A stretch of DNA of 64,000 nucleotides. Source: Owenia fusiformis. Lineage: Eukaryota. Numbering within the stretch: position 1 is the first letter of the stretch; every line of letters begins with the position of its first letter. Location: positions 31,992,001 through 32,056,000 of the forward strand of contig CAIIXF020000001.1 of the NCBI GenBank assembly GCA_903813345.2, in the 5' to 3' direction. The translations under genes were made by a program, and so were the position numbers. The notes under the pieces are model-generated. The model did no database searches. It saw nothing but the letters and a program-made list of their open reading frames with translations, and was not told the origin of the DNA. This document shows, piece after piece, positions 37,501-45,963 of this stretch.

Positions 37501-39483
37501 TTATTTGTTTTGCATCCCTTTGCTTGCAAGATTTTAAGCAAATCAGAAAACACAATCACTTCCAAATGGCAACCCAAGGGTCTGAAGGTACCATCGCATT
37601 TCGTTCAATCAGAATTGGAAATAGCGGACAATTTGATGTGCGTCAAAATTCTAAGTTGCTGTAACTGGGAAGAGTAGTAGGCTATGGAGCAATTTTTGCA
37701 TATATAATTTGTGAAAACTCATAAGCATGGGACACTATCTTATGACACTTTGGCAAGTAGGCAGCCATTTTGAAAAATGGCTTCTAACTTAGTGTGTGTT
37801 ATTTTGCATATTAACTCGAAAAGTAGTGGACCTATTTTTTCACATTTGATATGTTGATACTCATAAGCATGGCACATTGGCCAGGTGGCCATTTTGAAAA
37901 TTGGCCTCTATTTTAAAGTCTAATTTTACTTTTTTACTAAAACTTGAAAAGTAGTTGAACGATTTTGAGATCAAAAGTTCGATGGGATTTGCTCCACCTC
38001 GCGTTGCTGTTATCTAGTTCTGAAATGTTTCATATCTATGTCTAATAAATATAGTTGTATAGATGTGTTTTTTTTTTTTTGCCCTTTAAATGTATATATT
38101 CAGGGGGGGGACATTCGTGGGTTCAAGTGGACCACTCCATTGGCCAAATATTCTCTCAAAACCAGTACAATTTTTCACGATTCTGAGCATTTTCAAGATT
38201 TCTGGGCCACTTGAAAATTGTCAAATGTTCACCCCTTGATCCTTTTGAAAAACTTAAATTGGCAAAAGCTGGTTATACGAACCTGATATGACCTAGCTTG
38301 CAAACTTTTTCTTGAGTTTGTGTTTATTTTCCTTGTACCCTTGCATGCTACAATGTGATGGGAAAAGCACAACTATTTTTACTGAGGAGGTAAGAAACGT
38401 TCACATTCGAATGTGCTTGAATACATTAAACCTGCACATCGCTCCAAAACGCAATATGGAAGTAATTAAACGCTACTTATTTTGAATGCTATGATTCGGA
38501 AGTGACGTCACGTTCTTCATTTAGAAACCTTTCCAAAATCATATCGACGGTTCCGATCGAAGTCCAGCTTTAAATATCTTTAACTCTCTTGGGACAGATT
38601 CTTAAGTTCTATACACAAAGTAATATTTCCAGCAACTTCATATGGACTGAGAAATATCTAGAAGGTCGAAGGGTTTTTATAAAAATATATTTCAAAAATT
38701 CTTGACACCCTGTAAGTCGTAGGTCGTAGGGTCGAAGGGTCGAAGGGTTTTTAGTACATTCCTCGCATCTGCCTCGATTTTAAAGTTTAATTGGTATCTT
38801 TAATATGATTTCACTGTTTTTGTGGAGTGGTACGATTAAGCCAAGCAAATGGCAGCTGATTTGTTCAAAGTACTTTTAGTACTAATTATCGCAAATGACA
38901 ATAATTTTGGAAACAAAATTATACTATAGATTACTAAGCATCTAAGGTACATGTAAGTAAAACTAGATGAACAACTGAGTCAATAGTGAGAAATAGGCCA
39001 AAATGAACTGCCAGAATTTAAATAGACTGCCATCTTGTTTCCAGTCCTCTAAATAATCTATGCTCCAGCTTTCGCCAGAAACGTACTTGACGTCCGTGCT
39101 GATTACACCCTAAAATCCGATTTTCAAAGAATATATTTGGAGAAACAATAAAAGGTAAGTGGAATAAATTAGAAGATGGTTTCAAGTTACCACAGAAGTC
39201 AATTTGAAACTCAAGAATGCTTTCTTTGACTCATAATCACAAAAAAGTCGAGTGACATTTTAGATGGAGAATTTCTAAGTGTTGAAACTGAGTCTTGAAA
39301 GATATATAATTTTTGGAAAATATATATAGACTAATCAGTGAAATACTCGAACAAATGAGACAGCAAAAGCGTAGAAACAGTTATTTTTACATTACCTGCT
39401 GATAGTTCTATTTGAAATATTAGGTACAACGTAACTAAAATCCATATAAAAGAAATTCTTGGGGAAATGTTTATCCCCGCCAT
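4153..39483 (-). CDS. PGAP6: TMEM8/PGAP6-family (CREST superfamily) membrane protein, complete 11-exon gene, 872 aa
   Basis: join(39483-39396,33191-33026,31305-31092,30037-29901,12527-12223,11961-11447,10271-10042,9054-8894,7059-6881,5950-5684,4509-4153); all GT-AG, phases compatible, 2619 nt total. Signal peptide, long ectodomain, EGF-like domain (CLDGSCGENGECHEYFSGLYHFSACECSGGWQGYAC), multi-pass region with LLTLSNLMFLP, STFYHACD and HSVWH. PGAP6(TMEM8A) vs TMEM8B orthology cannot be resolved by eye. Confidence 0.9.
4552..5019. mobile_element. hAT-type MITE
   Basis: 15-bp TIR TAGTGTTGTCGCGAT; 8-bp TSD CATGATAG (4544-4551 / 5020-5027); subterminal CATCGATG/CATCGCGAT repeats. Confidence 0.85.
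5684..5950 (-). CDS. PGAP6: TMEM8/PGAP6 exon 10
   Basis: FYHACDRAESEYHYCMMDYNVLSFCDFYGS...IMLASW; AG/GT boundaries. Confidence 0.92.
6881..7059 (-). CDS. PGAP6: TMEM8/PGAP6 exon 9
   Basis: GWQGYACSDG...LLLTLSNLMFLPA...YTMFFST. Confidence 0.92.
7106..8430. mobile_element. HINE/DINE-like (Helentron-associated) element carrying ~8 tandem units of ~136-148 bp (family A)
   Basis: Subterminal ATGTCACCACC at 7128, tandem array, CCAACC/CCG microsatellite, terminal hairpin ATGTCACCAC-TTTT-GGTGGTGACAT (8401-8425) followed by an A-run. Confidence 0.7.
8894..9054 (-). CDS. PGAP6: TMEM8/PGAP6 exon 8 (EGF-like domain)
   Basis: PKEADREPC...PCLDGSCGENGEC...ACECSG. Confidence 0.9.
10042..10271 (-). CDS. 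PGAP6: TMEM8/PGAP6 exon 7
   Basis: NKSASKQDIVVTICF...YVPYPEPGLWYISLQATC. Confidence 0.9.
10419..11096. mobile_element. Foldback MITE, Kolobok-like termini
   Basis: ~280-bp near-perfect inverted arms starting AAGGAGGAGGGAAATTAGCGCAACAG; flanks TTGA / TTAA (TTAA TSD with one mismatch). Confidence 0.75.
11447..11961 (-). CDS. PGAP6: TMEM8/PGAP6 exon 6
   Basis: CSKSPKPS...DLLDTGGTIHLEF; the D(T/S)GG motif is typical of the family. Confidence 0.85.
12223..12527 (-). CDS. PGAP6: TMEM8/PGAP6 exon 5
   Basis: FEVPEYSWHYKLTID...CHLNVKSPAAGHTHYLKI; in phase with exons 4 and 6. Confidence 0.85.
13795..14588. mobile_element. HINE-like element (family B)
   Basis: Start AACTAG...ATCCCAACGAAC; (GACT/GACG)n microsatellite; terminal hairpin ATCCCTAACGAAC-TTC-GTTCGTTGGGAT plus AATAAA. 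Confidence 0.7.
15345..15475. repeat. Short degenerate tandem repeat (25-26 bp subunits)
   Basis: Repeated CCCAA(T)ATTAC(T/C)AGGCAA(T/C)AA units. Confidence 0.7.
17224..18187 (+). repeat. 5' LTR (964 bp)
   Basis: TGTAAC...GTTACA; no difference from the 3' LTR found by eye; AATAAA near 18061. Confidence 0.95.
18190..18200 (+). promoter_or_regulatory. Primer-binding site, probably tRNA-Leu
   Basis: TGGTGGCAAGC 2 nt after the LTR; TGGTGGCA is complementary to a tRNA 3' end ...UGCCACCA (metazoan tRNA-Leu AAG/UAG as recalled). Confidence 0.6.
19280..19482 (+). repeat. 21-22 bp tandem array in the retroelement leader
   Basis: ~9 copies of AAGCAGTGACCTTCGATATGTC-like unit. Confidence 0.9.
21146..26380 (+). 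CDS. Gag-Pol polyprotein with C-terminal chromodomain, 1744 aa
   Basis: Gag capsid (PDTYNGEISWRDYESHFE), two CCHC knuckles, protease LIDSGS, RT (LPFGL, YIDD), RNase H (DTDAS, TDH), integrase (H..H..C..C, DILGP, SDQG, VER), GPY motif, chromodomain YEVEKIL...KWKGWDSSHNTFEP. Confidence 0.97.
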   Translation: MEPRNTQPDNFENHEKRQMNNAKDEQTYGKASSMRNFDSSNEMENYKRCTYKAKPDTYNGEISWRDYESHFEICAEINGWNTVQKAKILAIHLIGAAREVWTDIPIESRSDYAILTQSLKTRFSPEQREINKCNLKNKTRGKSESLTELGQYLRRQTALAYPGFDYCLREEIAFDHFMVAISKQPDIKTYIRLSKAKTLDEAILAGLEWESYDIVDEMNAGPSKQNEVEKQNMILTIEKEQDYVENILQLVKEQQQAIDNLNRELIEIRSLNSGTDEGEIVNDLKGVICFNCQGNHTSNMCPDVLYCTRCHNERHVKEFCTADLNENTSERRPPNREFSRYTYNHKLRKRRRKFEKFGGNRNYYRDSESGKGNVDRTPGLEQDWRNQDHSNDNGKVNSSRTERNVNTEFTPEINKMMKQVEKYKDRDIINSILEDGLFVKAKLETGTVSFLIDSGSCISIISMEKFMEIGKEKDIIVPPYNGFKNADGSQLPLVGYSNISLGIGDGVFQHKIWIAHISVDAILGMDFIVQHKCMLDMGNGRMRIGENYVDCWTRDSRPVIKVLVNSTVKVPPMSELIVKGRINRISGPYNVGKRQLGVVEPSQTFNDKHDVMIGRSLVDLKDKKEQVIPLRVLNPTDQPIVLYKNTRAAEVELIDKIDHVLDQYGNRINAVSSSDSKPSQKIPDYLKDLHERSSKHLNTEQSQLIGDLLIRYKDIFAKSSDDLGKTSIVEHTIDTGNHAPIRQPPRRQALAQQKVVTEEVEKMLKNGIIEPSNSPWSSPVVLVKKKDGTTRFCIDYRKLNEVTRKDAYPIPRLDTCLDSLAGAQWFCSMDLASGYWQVKMHEADKDKTSFVVKDGLFSFNVLPFGLTNAPSTFQRLMETVLRGLQWKTSLLYIDDVLTWGTSFENTLTNLQEVFERIRKSGMKLKPKKCSLFQKDLIFLGHKVSTDGIETDPVKVERIVNWKTPRCQKEVRAFNGFVGYYRKFIKNYSTIARPLNQLCEKTQKFVWTKECETAFQTLKTAISSAPILAYPEADSKFVLDTDASDFGIGGVLSIVKDGVEKPVTYASRTLNKSERRYCVTRKELLAVVVFVKKFRPYLYGRKFIIRTDHKALKWLFKFKEPDGQIARWLEMLSSYDMEIQHRAGKSHNNADGLSRMVCPQCGMNDGRINAIHEHSSDPQEKTALEGWSPEELRNMQLIDKDIGFVMKAFEKQKKPPWNEITKTSPATKHLMTQWDRLEVKGGVLYRKWESYDGRKITWQLVLPKQLHRDVLFQLHSMPTGGHLGIMKTVEKVRERFYWHSLRSDARNWCNRCDQCASRKPNFKKKRAEMKLFQVGAPMERIATDILGPLPTSERGNKYILIVADYFTKWTEAYAIPNQETGTISDIVSKEFICRWGCPMAMHSDQGRNYESKVFQEVCKAFGINKTRTTPLRPCSDGMVERFNRTLESMLSMFVEKHQRDWDEYLPYLMLAYRTSVHETSQFTPCEMMLGRQLNLPVDMVFGLPPGENNTDETEYVAAMKERIEISHAFARENLNKNSIRQKKYYDLKARPTTMHEGDAVWLHCPVRKPGISPKLQRPFQGPYIITKRISDITFRIRRSPRSKETVVHIDRLKPYNGEDKPTWYKKKEIIPVENENDPAQITDTAKPLENKGATSKQQEQPVNDMMEEEIEDGEADVDQNEDDQRESEEFYEVEKILGQRKRNGKTEFLCKWKGWDSSHNTFEPFSHLNEAAKEYIRNHVIPDVK
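28239..28249 (+). promoter_or_regulatory. Polypurine tract
   Basis: AAGAGGGGGAG 3 nt before the 3' LTR. Confidence 0.85.
28253..29216 (+). repeat. 3' LTR (964 bp)
   Basis: Direct repeat of 17224-18187. Confidence 0.95.
29901..30037 (-). CDS. PGAP6: TMEM8/PGAP6 exon 4
   Basis: GLSSEIDCKYGFGGSLLVDQWGQSYQLQVEEITKVEVLMDKTALFK; AG/GT boundaries, in phase. Confidence 0.8.
30204..30705 (+). mobile_element. Penelope-like retroelement relic
   Basis: 30519-30626 reads CVIDWDSVRTLDNESNRDIRWIKESIFIRKNSNSMK (C-terminal part of a PLE GIY-YIG endonuclease); followed by a hammerhead-like motif and AATAAA; 20-bp inverted repeat 30204-30223 / 30686-30705. Confidence 0.65.
31092..31305 (-). CDS. PGAP6: TMEM8/PGAP6 exon 3
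   Basis: YMQHGSYPLIN...VPNPKPGSWYTIAFLP...ITQK. Confidence 0.9.
31662..32050. mobile_element. Foldback MITE
   Basis: ~100-bp near-perfect inverted arms AGTCCATTTCACTG...CAGTGAAATGGACT. Confidence 0.75.
32151..32235. repeat. Perfect 40-bp inverted repeat with 5-nt loop
   Basis: Arm 32151-32190, loop AGCCA, arm 32196-32235. Confidence 0.9.
32510..32760. mobile_element. Older truncated copy of the CAGG...CCTG family at 51520/52921
   Basis: CAGGCCGTCCAGCTGTCCCGCAATTTGC... aligns by eye to 52921 onward. Confidence 0.65.
33026..33191 (-). CDS. PGAP6: TMEM8/PGAP6 exon 2
   Basis: VSKLYYHTAVQIFEYSTYGSVKVIDFRVPVEATRAKWNL...C. Confidence 0.85.
33522..34591. mobile_element. Tc1/mariner-type non-autonomous element
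   Basis: TA TSD, TIR CAGGGTGTTCCAAAAGTAACAGGACTGGTGCTG extending imperfectly ~180 bp; internal IYLDSAPAHR resembles the QQDGAPAH transposase motif. Confidence 0.8.
35365..35833 (-). mobile_element. 3' end fragment of a non-LTR retrotransposon (LINE)
   Basis: CEHYKDIRKEF...LFKMWQKR resembles the C-terminal CCHC-type tail of LINE ORF2; (TAA)n tail near 35365-35380. Confidence 0.5.
35834..35985 (-). mobile_element. Mariner transposase fragment, same family as 47487-48386
   Basis: Reverse complement of ~47998-48146 (WPPYSPDANLWGDLK). Confidence 0.75.
36371..39098. mobile_element. TIR element with CA...TG ends and 8-bp TSD (P-element- or hAT-like)
   Basis: ~62-bp TIR CACGGACGTCAAGTA...GGACTGGAAAC; TSD CTGATTAC (36363-36370 / 39099-39106). 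Confidence 0.8.
36539..38762. mobile_element. Non-autonomous Mutator-like element (MULE)
   Basis: ~100-bp TIR starting GGAATGTACTAAAAACCCTTCGACC; 9-bp TSD TCGCATCTG (36530-36538 / 38763-38771). Confidence 0.85.
39396..39483 (-). CDS. PGAP6: TMEM8/PGAP6 exon 1 (signal peptide)
   Basis: MAGINISPRISFIWILVTLYLIFQIELSA-G|gtaat; phase 1 matches exon 2. Confidence 0.75.
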
Positions 39484-39727
39484 TATTAGGGATCCCCTAT
39501 CGGAATTCAAAACGAGTCTACAGGGGGAATTCCGTGGTTCCAGAGATGCAGATGCAAATGCAATCACTGTTCAAAGACCTAGATTGTAGATCTGTTATTC
39601 ACTTCACAAATTTGAAGCAATCTTTGAGTATATAATCATAATAAGTAATCAAAACAAATTTGAATATTTCCAAGTTATGATAAACCGTTAGACGAATATA
39701 GAATACTTCCCCCGAGAAACGCCACAG

Positions 39728-39800
39728 GGGCGCGTGGCGCAATGGATAACGCGTCTGCCTACGGAGCAGAAGATTCCAGGTTCGAGTCCTGGCGCGCTCG
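39728..39800 (+). tRNA. tRNA-Arg (anticodon ACG)
   Basis: 73-nt cloverleaf: acceptor GGGCGCG/CGCGCTC, anticodon arm TCTGC-CT ACG GA-GCAGA, T arm CCAGG-TTCGAGT-CCTGG; TTTT terminator at 39805. Confidence 0.96.
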
Positions 39801-40299
39801 GATGTTTTGTTCTTTAATTTTGGGGTGGGATCGTACGATTGTTTTGATGATCCTTTTCTATAAGCTGTTAGCAAATAATTCGGACTTCGAAAGCAGGAAA
39901 GTCCAATGTTATCAAAATGTGTAATGTGATTCGTGAAACTTTTAAATTAATTTCAAAAAGTTCTATGTCTATGTCAATAATCTGCAAAAGGCTAATAAGC
40001 CCATATAAAGCAGATATATAATTTAACAGTGATAGAATTTGAATAGAATATAATTTAAAACCTTAACATTTAAAAATAGATCTATGGTTTACAACTCATT
40101 TTACCTGGGGAGACTATCAAGCTACCGCGTTGACATCACCCCTCTTTACCAGTAACCTAGTGCAGGCTTGTTGCTGTGCACTGGGGACCCTCACATTAAA
40201 ACATAGATCTATATTAAAAACACACCTATTTAATTGCAGTTATTGACATAGGCATAGTATGATGATTTAAAACTACTTAGACTGTCACAGTCTAAGATG

Positions 40300-40791
40300 T
40301 CACCATGTAGAGTGTTCCATTTAGCTATTGTCCTAGGGAAATAGCTAAATTTGTTGATGGTTGTATGAACTTAGAAGGATGATACAACCTAGTGTTGGTT
40401 TGATCTGTTGGCGGAAGTATGGAGGCACGTCGATGGCTGCTAGGTTCTGCTTTCCTTTGTAGAAAAGGAAAACTCTAGCAGCCTCTCGACGCTCCTTCAG
40501 TGGCTCCCACTGTAGGTCTTGAAGAGCTTTGGTGACGCAGCCTGGTTCCCTTGAGTGACATTTGGTTACAAACCTGGCTGCTCTTCTCTGTACCTGTTCC
40601 AACATATCAATATCTTTTTGTCGGTATGGATCCCATGCCGAGCTGGCATACTCTAAATTAGGCCGGACTAGTGACTTATACGCCTGAGCCTTCACTTTTT
40701 CAGGGCATTGATGGAGGTTGCGCCTGAGAAATCCAAGCACCTTATTGGCTTTGGATACAATAGTTTGAATATGTGTAGTCCAGCGTAAGTT
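40300..40791 (-). mobile_element. 5'-truncated LINE (CR1/L2-group-like) ORF2 3' fragment, frameshifted
   Basis: NLRWTTHI...ANKVLGFLRRNL...YKSLVRPNLEYASSAWDPY...EQVQRRAARFV; after a frameshift FPRTIAKWNTL. Confidence 0.85.
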
Positions 40792-41121
40792 GATTTTGAA
40801 AAACGTTTTTTGTGTTTTACAGAATTTAAGTGTTGTATTTGATGATCTTAAAATCGAACTTTTTGTTTCTAAAATGGAGGGAAATTCAAATATTAAAAAT
40901 TATCAAAATATGTCTCAAAAAGTAATATTTGAATGATTAAACTATATTTTCAAACTTTACACGGGGCCTTTAAAGCCCCCACATAAAGTTTTAACCACTA
41001 CAGTCTTAACCCGGCAATGTTATCAGTGTGTGATATTTAAAATGAAACTTGATTTCAAAAAATGGTTTTTGAAGGACTTTTTGTTTGAAAAATCTTGAAT
41101 TTATTTATAACTCAATCATCT

Positions 41122-41322
41122 CATGGGCGTAGCGCTATTTTTCCTAGTAGTACGCCACCACAACAGGAACAAGAGTCAAGAATAAAAAAAACAAGCATTT
41201 AGGGGGGTCTGGGGGTTTTCCCCCAGGAAAATTTGGAAATTAAGCCTAGGTTGTATTTGGAGCGAATTTGCAACCATCTGGTACGCCTGTGCGTACCCAG
41301 CGTACCGGGCGCTACGCCCATG
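41122..41322. mobile_element. MITE with hAT-like ends and 5-bp TSD
   Basis: TIR CATGGGCGTAGCGC; TSD CATCT (41117-41121 / 41323-41327). Confidence 0.75.
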
Positions 41323-42149
41323 CATCTAGAGCTCACACATATTTTTTAATAAGCGATGATTCACCCAAATAAAAGCTGTAGCATTCATCCCCATTTTTGC
41401 AGAAAAAATGAAGAAAATGAAGAAAAGCTAGAAACGAACCCTCATGAACATAAAAATGGTTCAGAGAGAAGTGCATTTCAAAATGTTAGTTATCATAGAA
41501 ACCTATGGTACAATAATATGGTATAGTGACAACAGCATTGATTTCATTCAATGTGCCATAAAGCCGTTTGTCTCCTCTTTCAAATGGTTGGTTTCAAATC
41601 ATTTGTTGATATTGGGTCATGGTTGCACGAGTAATCATTTTTTTGCAAAGTGGGCCAAAATTATCTTGTGACCAAGTTATAACGTGAAAGTCAGTGTGCA
41701 GGGGCTTGATGCAATATTGGAAGATAAAACATAAAACCAATGATGACTGCATCCTTTTCATTCAATGTACCAACAAAAAGCCAAATTACTCCTCTTTTCA
41801 ATAGAATGTTATTCATTCACACAGTCATGGCTGGCCGAATAATCATTAATTTCGCAAAGTGGGGCAAAATTCAGCTCGGACCCAAGTTTTAAACATTGCA
41901 AAAGTCAGTGCACAGGACATTTGGAAGAAGTTGAGACAGATGTGGCATAGACAGTAAAGTGTTCATACTCATACTCTTATAAGAATACATCATATACCCC
42001 TCCACATGGCCACCACTTCTTTGCACATAAAAAATGCGCTCAACTCCCCATGCCATGCATGGTTCAGCCCCGACTCTTTGGGTTAAGGCGGAGCAACAGC
42101 CGCCTGATTAAGGCAATTCTTTTTCGAAGTTTTGCAATATCTTATGGAG

Positions 42150-42240
42150 AAACGTTTAACACCCTGCTCCTGAGCTAGCTACAAAAGAAAAAGTCACAAC
42201 GATTCAGGTCAGGAGGATTTCCATTAGCACTAAGCCCTTG
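42150..42240 (-). pseudogene. Decayed Tc1/mariner transposase remnant
   Basis: PPDLNRCDFFFCS*LRSRV resembles SPDLNPCDFFLWGYLKSRV. Confidence 0.55.
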
Positions 42241-42431
42241 GACTGACTTTTGCAATATCTGAAACCTGGTCCAGAGACGACTTTGGCCCACTGTGCATAT
42301 GGAAGGATTTCTCACCCTAACATGACCACATGTGAATGCATGGCAAATCATTGAACTTTTATGTGAAAAATAGCAGGAAATTTGAATATTTGAGAAATAA
42401 AAAGCTGACAACTTTCAAAAAGGATAGGATC

Positions 42432-43074
42432 GATATGGTGAATTGAATTCAACAATGTTTTTCTCTTAAACCAATTATTGAAAACATTCTGTAAAAAAAC
42501 ACAGTCCTTTATGTAATGTTGACCGATTGGCAACAATTTAATGCAAAAATTATTTATATATATTTTATATAACTGTTTTTGTTAACATTTTTTGTTTTTT
42601 AGTGCAATTGTTTTTTGTTCCTTTCTACCAATTCTTGAGAATGAAATAAAAAAAATTTTCGAACCTTGTTGGAACAAAATAGCATACAACATTTTCTTGG
42701 ACCTCTCAATATTATAGTTATACAAAGAAAATTTTGGTTGATTTTACAATAAGTATGCAAAAACTTAAAACAAAACCTCCTCAACCTTTTATTGCATTAA
42801 CAAGATACTTTTTTAAAATCAACCAAACTTTCCTTTGTACAATATTGAGAGACCTAAACACGTTGTGTTTATGTCGTTTTGTTTCAATGAGGTTCGGATA
42901 GATGTCTCATTTCATTCCGAACATATGAAACCAAGAACAAAAGAAGTATCTAGTGTGCTTTCTAAAACAATATAGAGAAAAGTATATGAATATATTTCAA
43001 ACGATGTGTAAAATTTTCAGAATGTTCTGATAACTGGTTTAAGAGAAACGCGTGTTCAAAAAGTTCACCATATC
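42432..43074. repeat. Old degenerate foldback element
   Basis: Imperfect inverted arms (GATATGGTGAA...TTCACCATATC; TTTGGTTGATTTTA / TAAAATCAACCAAA). Confidence 0.55.
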
Positions 43075-43653
43075 TTCACTCTTTTCTAAGAAAATAGTGA
43101 ATTAATGATAAAAACATATTTTCAAACCCTACACAGGCCCTGCTTAAGAGTGCCACAAGCCAGAATATTTGTTATCAATTATATGTTTATTTAATCCCAC
43201 TTTTATTTATAGTTAAGAGTCAATTGCCCTACTCAATAAATAAGATTCACACATAGCTAGGCAAGGTGTGTCAGATTCCAGTCAATCCGAACACGCTATT
43301 AAGCAATAACAACTCAAGGTCACTAGTTAAATGGTTGTCAAGGTGACAACTGGACTCTACAGATTGAAATTGACCGTTGCAAAAAGTTTCATTGAAAATA
43401 TGTTTTTTTCGTGACTTCATATTGTTACGTATCGTAACTGTTTGCTTTGGGATCTTGTGGTCATTCGGTACTCGCGAGGTTCCTTCCTTCTAATCTAACA
43501 CGACTCATTCAGATTTGTTTCCTAATTTTATTTTGTATTCCAATTCTTCTTGTCCTTGAGATTGATTCGACCAGCAGAACTTCGGTGGGCTTGATATTGT
43601 TTCTCCTTTCATTAGTTGTTCAGCATTGCTGATGTTGTTGTTATCGAGTAAAA

Positions 43654-44557
43654 GTACCGGTACCGGTAACCGTCACGCTTATATCCGTACCGTTACCGAA
43701 ATACCGGTAAAAATATGTAAGATAAAATGCCAATGCGCTGCCACCCCACTTTGTTTCTAACTCTCTCCATAGCTTCTCAAGTCTATATATGCATACATGG
43801 TGCAAGACCGATTTGAACTCATACTGATGAACTTCACGAAATACATCTCAAACCATTTCTCAACTGTATCAATAATGAGTTATTCCGTCCACACGTTATA
43901 GCAACCCTCCTACATCCGACTTACAAAAAGATGATAAGGGCTCTAATTGCCAACGTATGTTAATATATATTTCGTTTATACTTAAATTTAAAAATAAAAC
44001 TTACGAAAGGCACGGGAGTTCAGATTCTTTTATTTATTTGTTTGCTAAATAGTACTTTAGCAGAGAGCTTGTACTTTATTTTGTTCACAATTAAAAGCTC
44101 AGATACTATCACAAAATATTACAAATATAATATGAAATGTAGGTTATATCAATTCAACTTATTGTCAATGCCTTGCTGTTCGTAAATGACTATTACAAAC
44201 AAATACATAATTCAGTTTCTGGATCTGACGTTGGCACTACAACTACACCGGAACTGCCAAACATAACTACAACCAAATCTGAGCCTGAGCATGAAGCTAC
44301 TACACTCGAACTGCCAAACATGGACATCACACCTGAACTGCCAAACATGGAAATCACACCTGAACTGCCAAACATGGACATCTAAATGTCTATGTAAATT
44401 TACGCATCGTGAAAGTGGAAATTAAACGAAATAACCAAAAAACGACGTGTCTTTTATTTCCCCGGGGATTATCGTCGGTTAACCGGTTAATAATTTCAAT
44501 ACCGGTAAATGCTCAATTCCGTACCGAAACCGTATAACCGGAATTACAGTCAGCCTA
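43654..44557 (+). mobile_element. hAT-like relic with transposase remnant and 27-bp tandem repeat
   Basis: ACCGGT/TACCG subterminal repeats at both ends; right end ...CAGCCTA; near-TSD (G/T)AGTAAAA; internal HPTLFL...HVIATLLHPTYK resembles hAT A..L(D/H)P.YK. Confidence 0.5.
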
Positions 44558-45963
44558 TAGTAAAAGTTACTGAATAATCAGATTTTGCTGTGCTCTTTAT
44601 ATACCAGGTAAAATGCATTATTTTACCTGTCAAAATTGTGCAAATATAAGTGAAGAATACTGCTGATATCATGCTTATGTAATCAAGATTCAAATTGCAA
44701 TTCTGTGTTATGATTGGTAGTTGAAAATAACAACTTGTCAGAATTACATTGATATATGTCTATTTTAGCCCAATATAGTAGCGTAGGGATTCCCCTGTAC
44801 TAGAACAAACTGAGGTCTAAATAGTCATTAATCATAAGAATGCAGCAAGATCTTTACAATGTTTGAATATCAGCTTAATATAAATAATATTTATATTGGA
44901 TATATATAATTAAATATAATTACGCACTGACCGAATCATAACAATATCATTTAGCTGTTTTTGTAGAAGATATTTTGCAATGTGTGAAAAGATTTTAAAC
45001 CCAAGACTCTATGCATTGTGGAATGACCATTCCTTTCCTAATAAATTAGCACTTGGTGCTGCGCATCTCATGCAAATTTTGAAAACTAACACCTTCAAGG
45101 AATGGTCATTCCACATTCCACTGAGTCCAGGACTTAAATCCTTAAATCTCATTTTGTTTTCTTATGCATTCAAAAATTGTTTTGCCATGTCCGTTATAAA
45201 TTTTTGGAATATATTGCAATATAACACAAGAAACAATGACTTTACAATGAAAAGAATTCAACTGGTAACATTTTGAAAGGCACATGACATGACAATACAT
45301 GGTTTTTTGTTTTCTAATTGGGAAAAAGTGACATGAAACTCAGGCCTGTAGCTGTAGCCACCTGGCCCTAAAATCATTTTAAAATTGTGCAGTTTTCACC
45401 AGTCTGAGCACTTTTCAGGTGATTTTGGCCATTTTTGGGCCCAAATTCCCATGGAATTTTCCAAAAAGTTAACCCCACTTGACAAATCCTGACTTCGGAC
45501 CTGAAACTCATCCTTCATCAAAGGGCTTCATTTATTTTTCAATACAGAAATAAATAAATAAAATACCCTCGAAAAAAGGAGGTGTCAAGGTATGTGCAAA
45601 TGCAACAAATAATGAGACAAAACGCACAAGGCCTACATGGTTGACTTAGCTTTTATTGTACTTAATCTATCAATGTACATGTAAATGGATAACATATTCA
45701 TTTATTTTCTTAACATAATTTATAAGTCTATCATGCTAAATTGACATTATAATATGGAATGTGTCTAATTTGTTAATTTGATTGTGAATTAATTATAGTA
45801 GAGATAACAATAATAGTGGAGACAATAATGTTCTTAACTTTGTCAAACCTTATTATTTGTATTACTGCTTGTATTCTATATATGAAATAAATGATTATAA
45901 AAAAGAAATAGTGGAGACAAAATTGCCCTTCCTTGTTGTCTTTAACACTTGAATTTGTGTCAC

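Larger units (their letters stand above)
36032..39269. mobile_element. Outer TIR element of a nested stack
   Basis: TIR CTCCATC(C/T)AAAATGTCACTCGACTTTTT; AATTT on both flanks. Confidence 0.6.

Noticed and set aside
41615..41915. Degenerate ~210-bp-period duplication
   Set aside because: Too decayed to assign; probably an old repeat remnant
43824..43847. CTGATGA...GAAA hammerhead core
   Set aside because: No stem II pairing between the motifs
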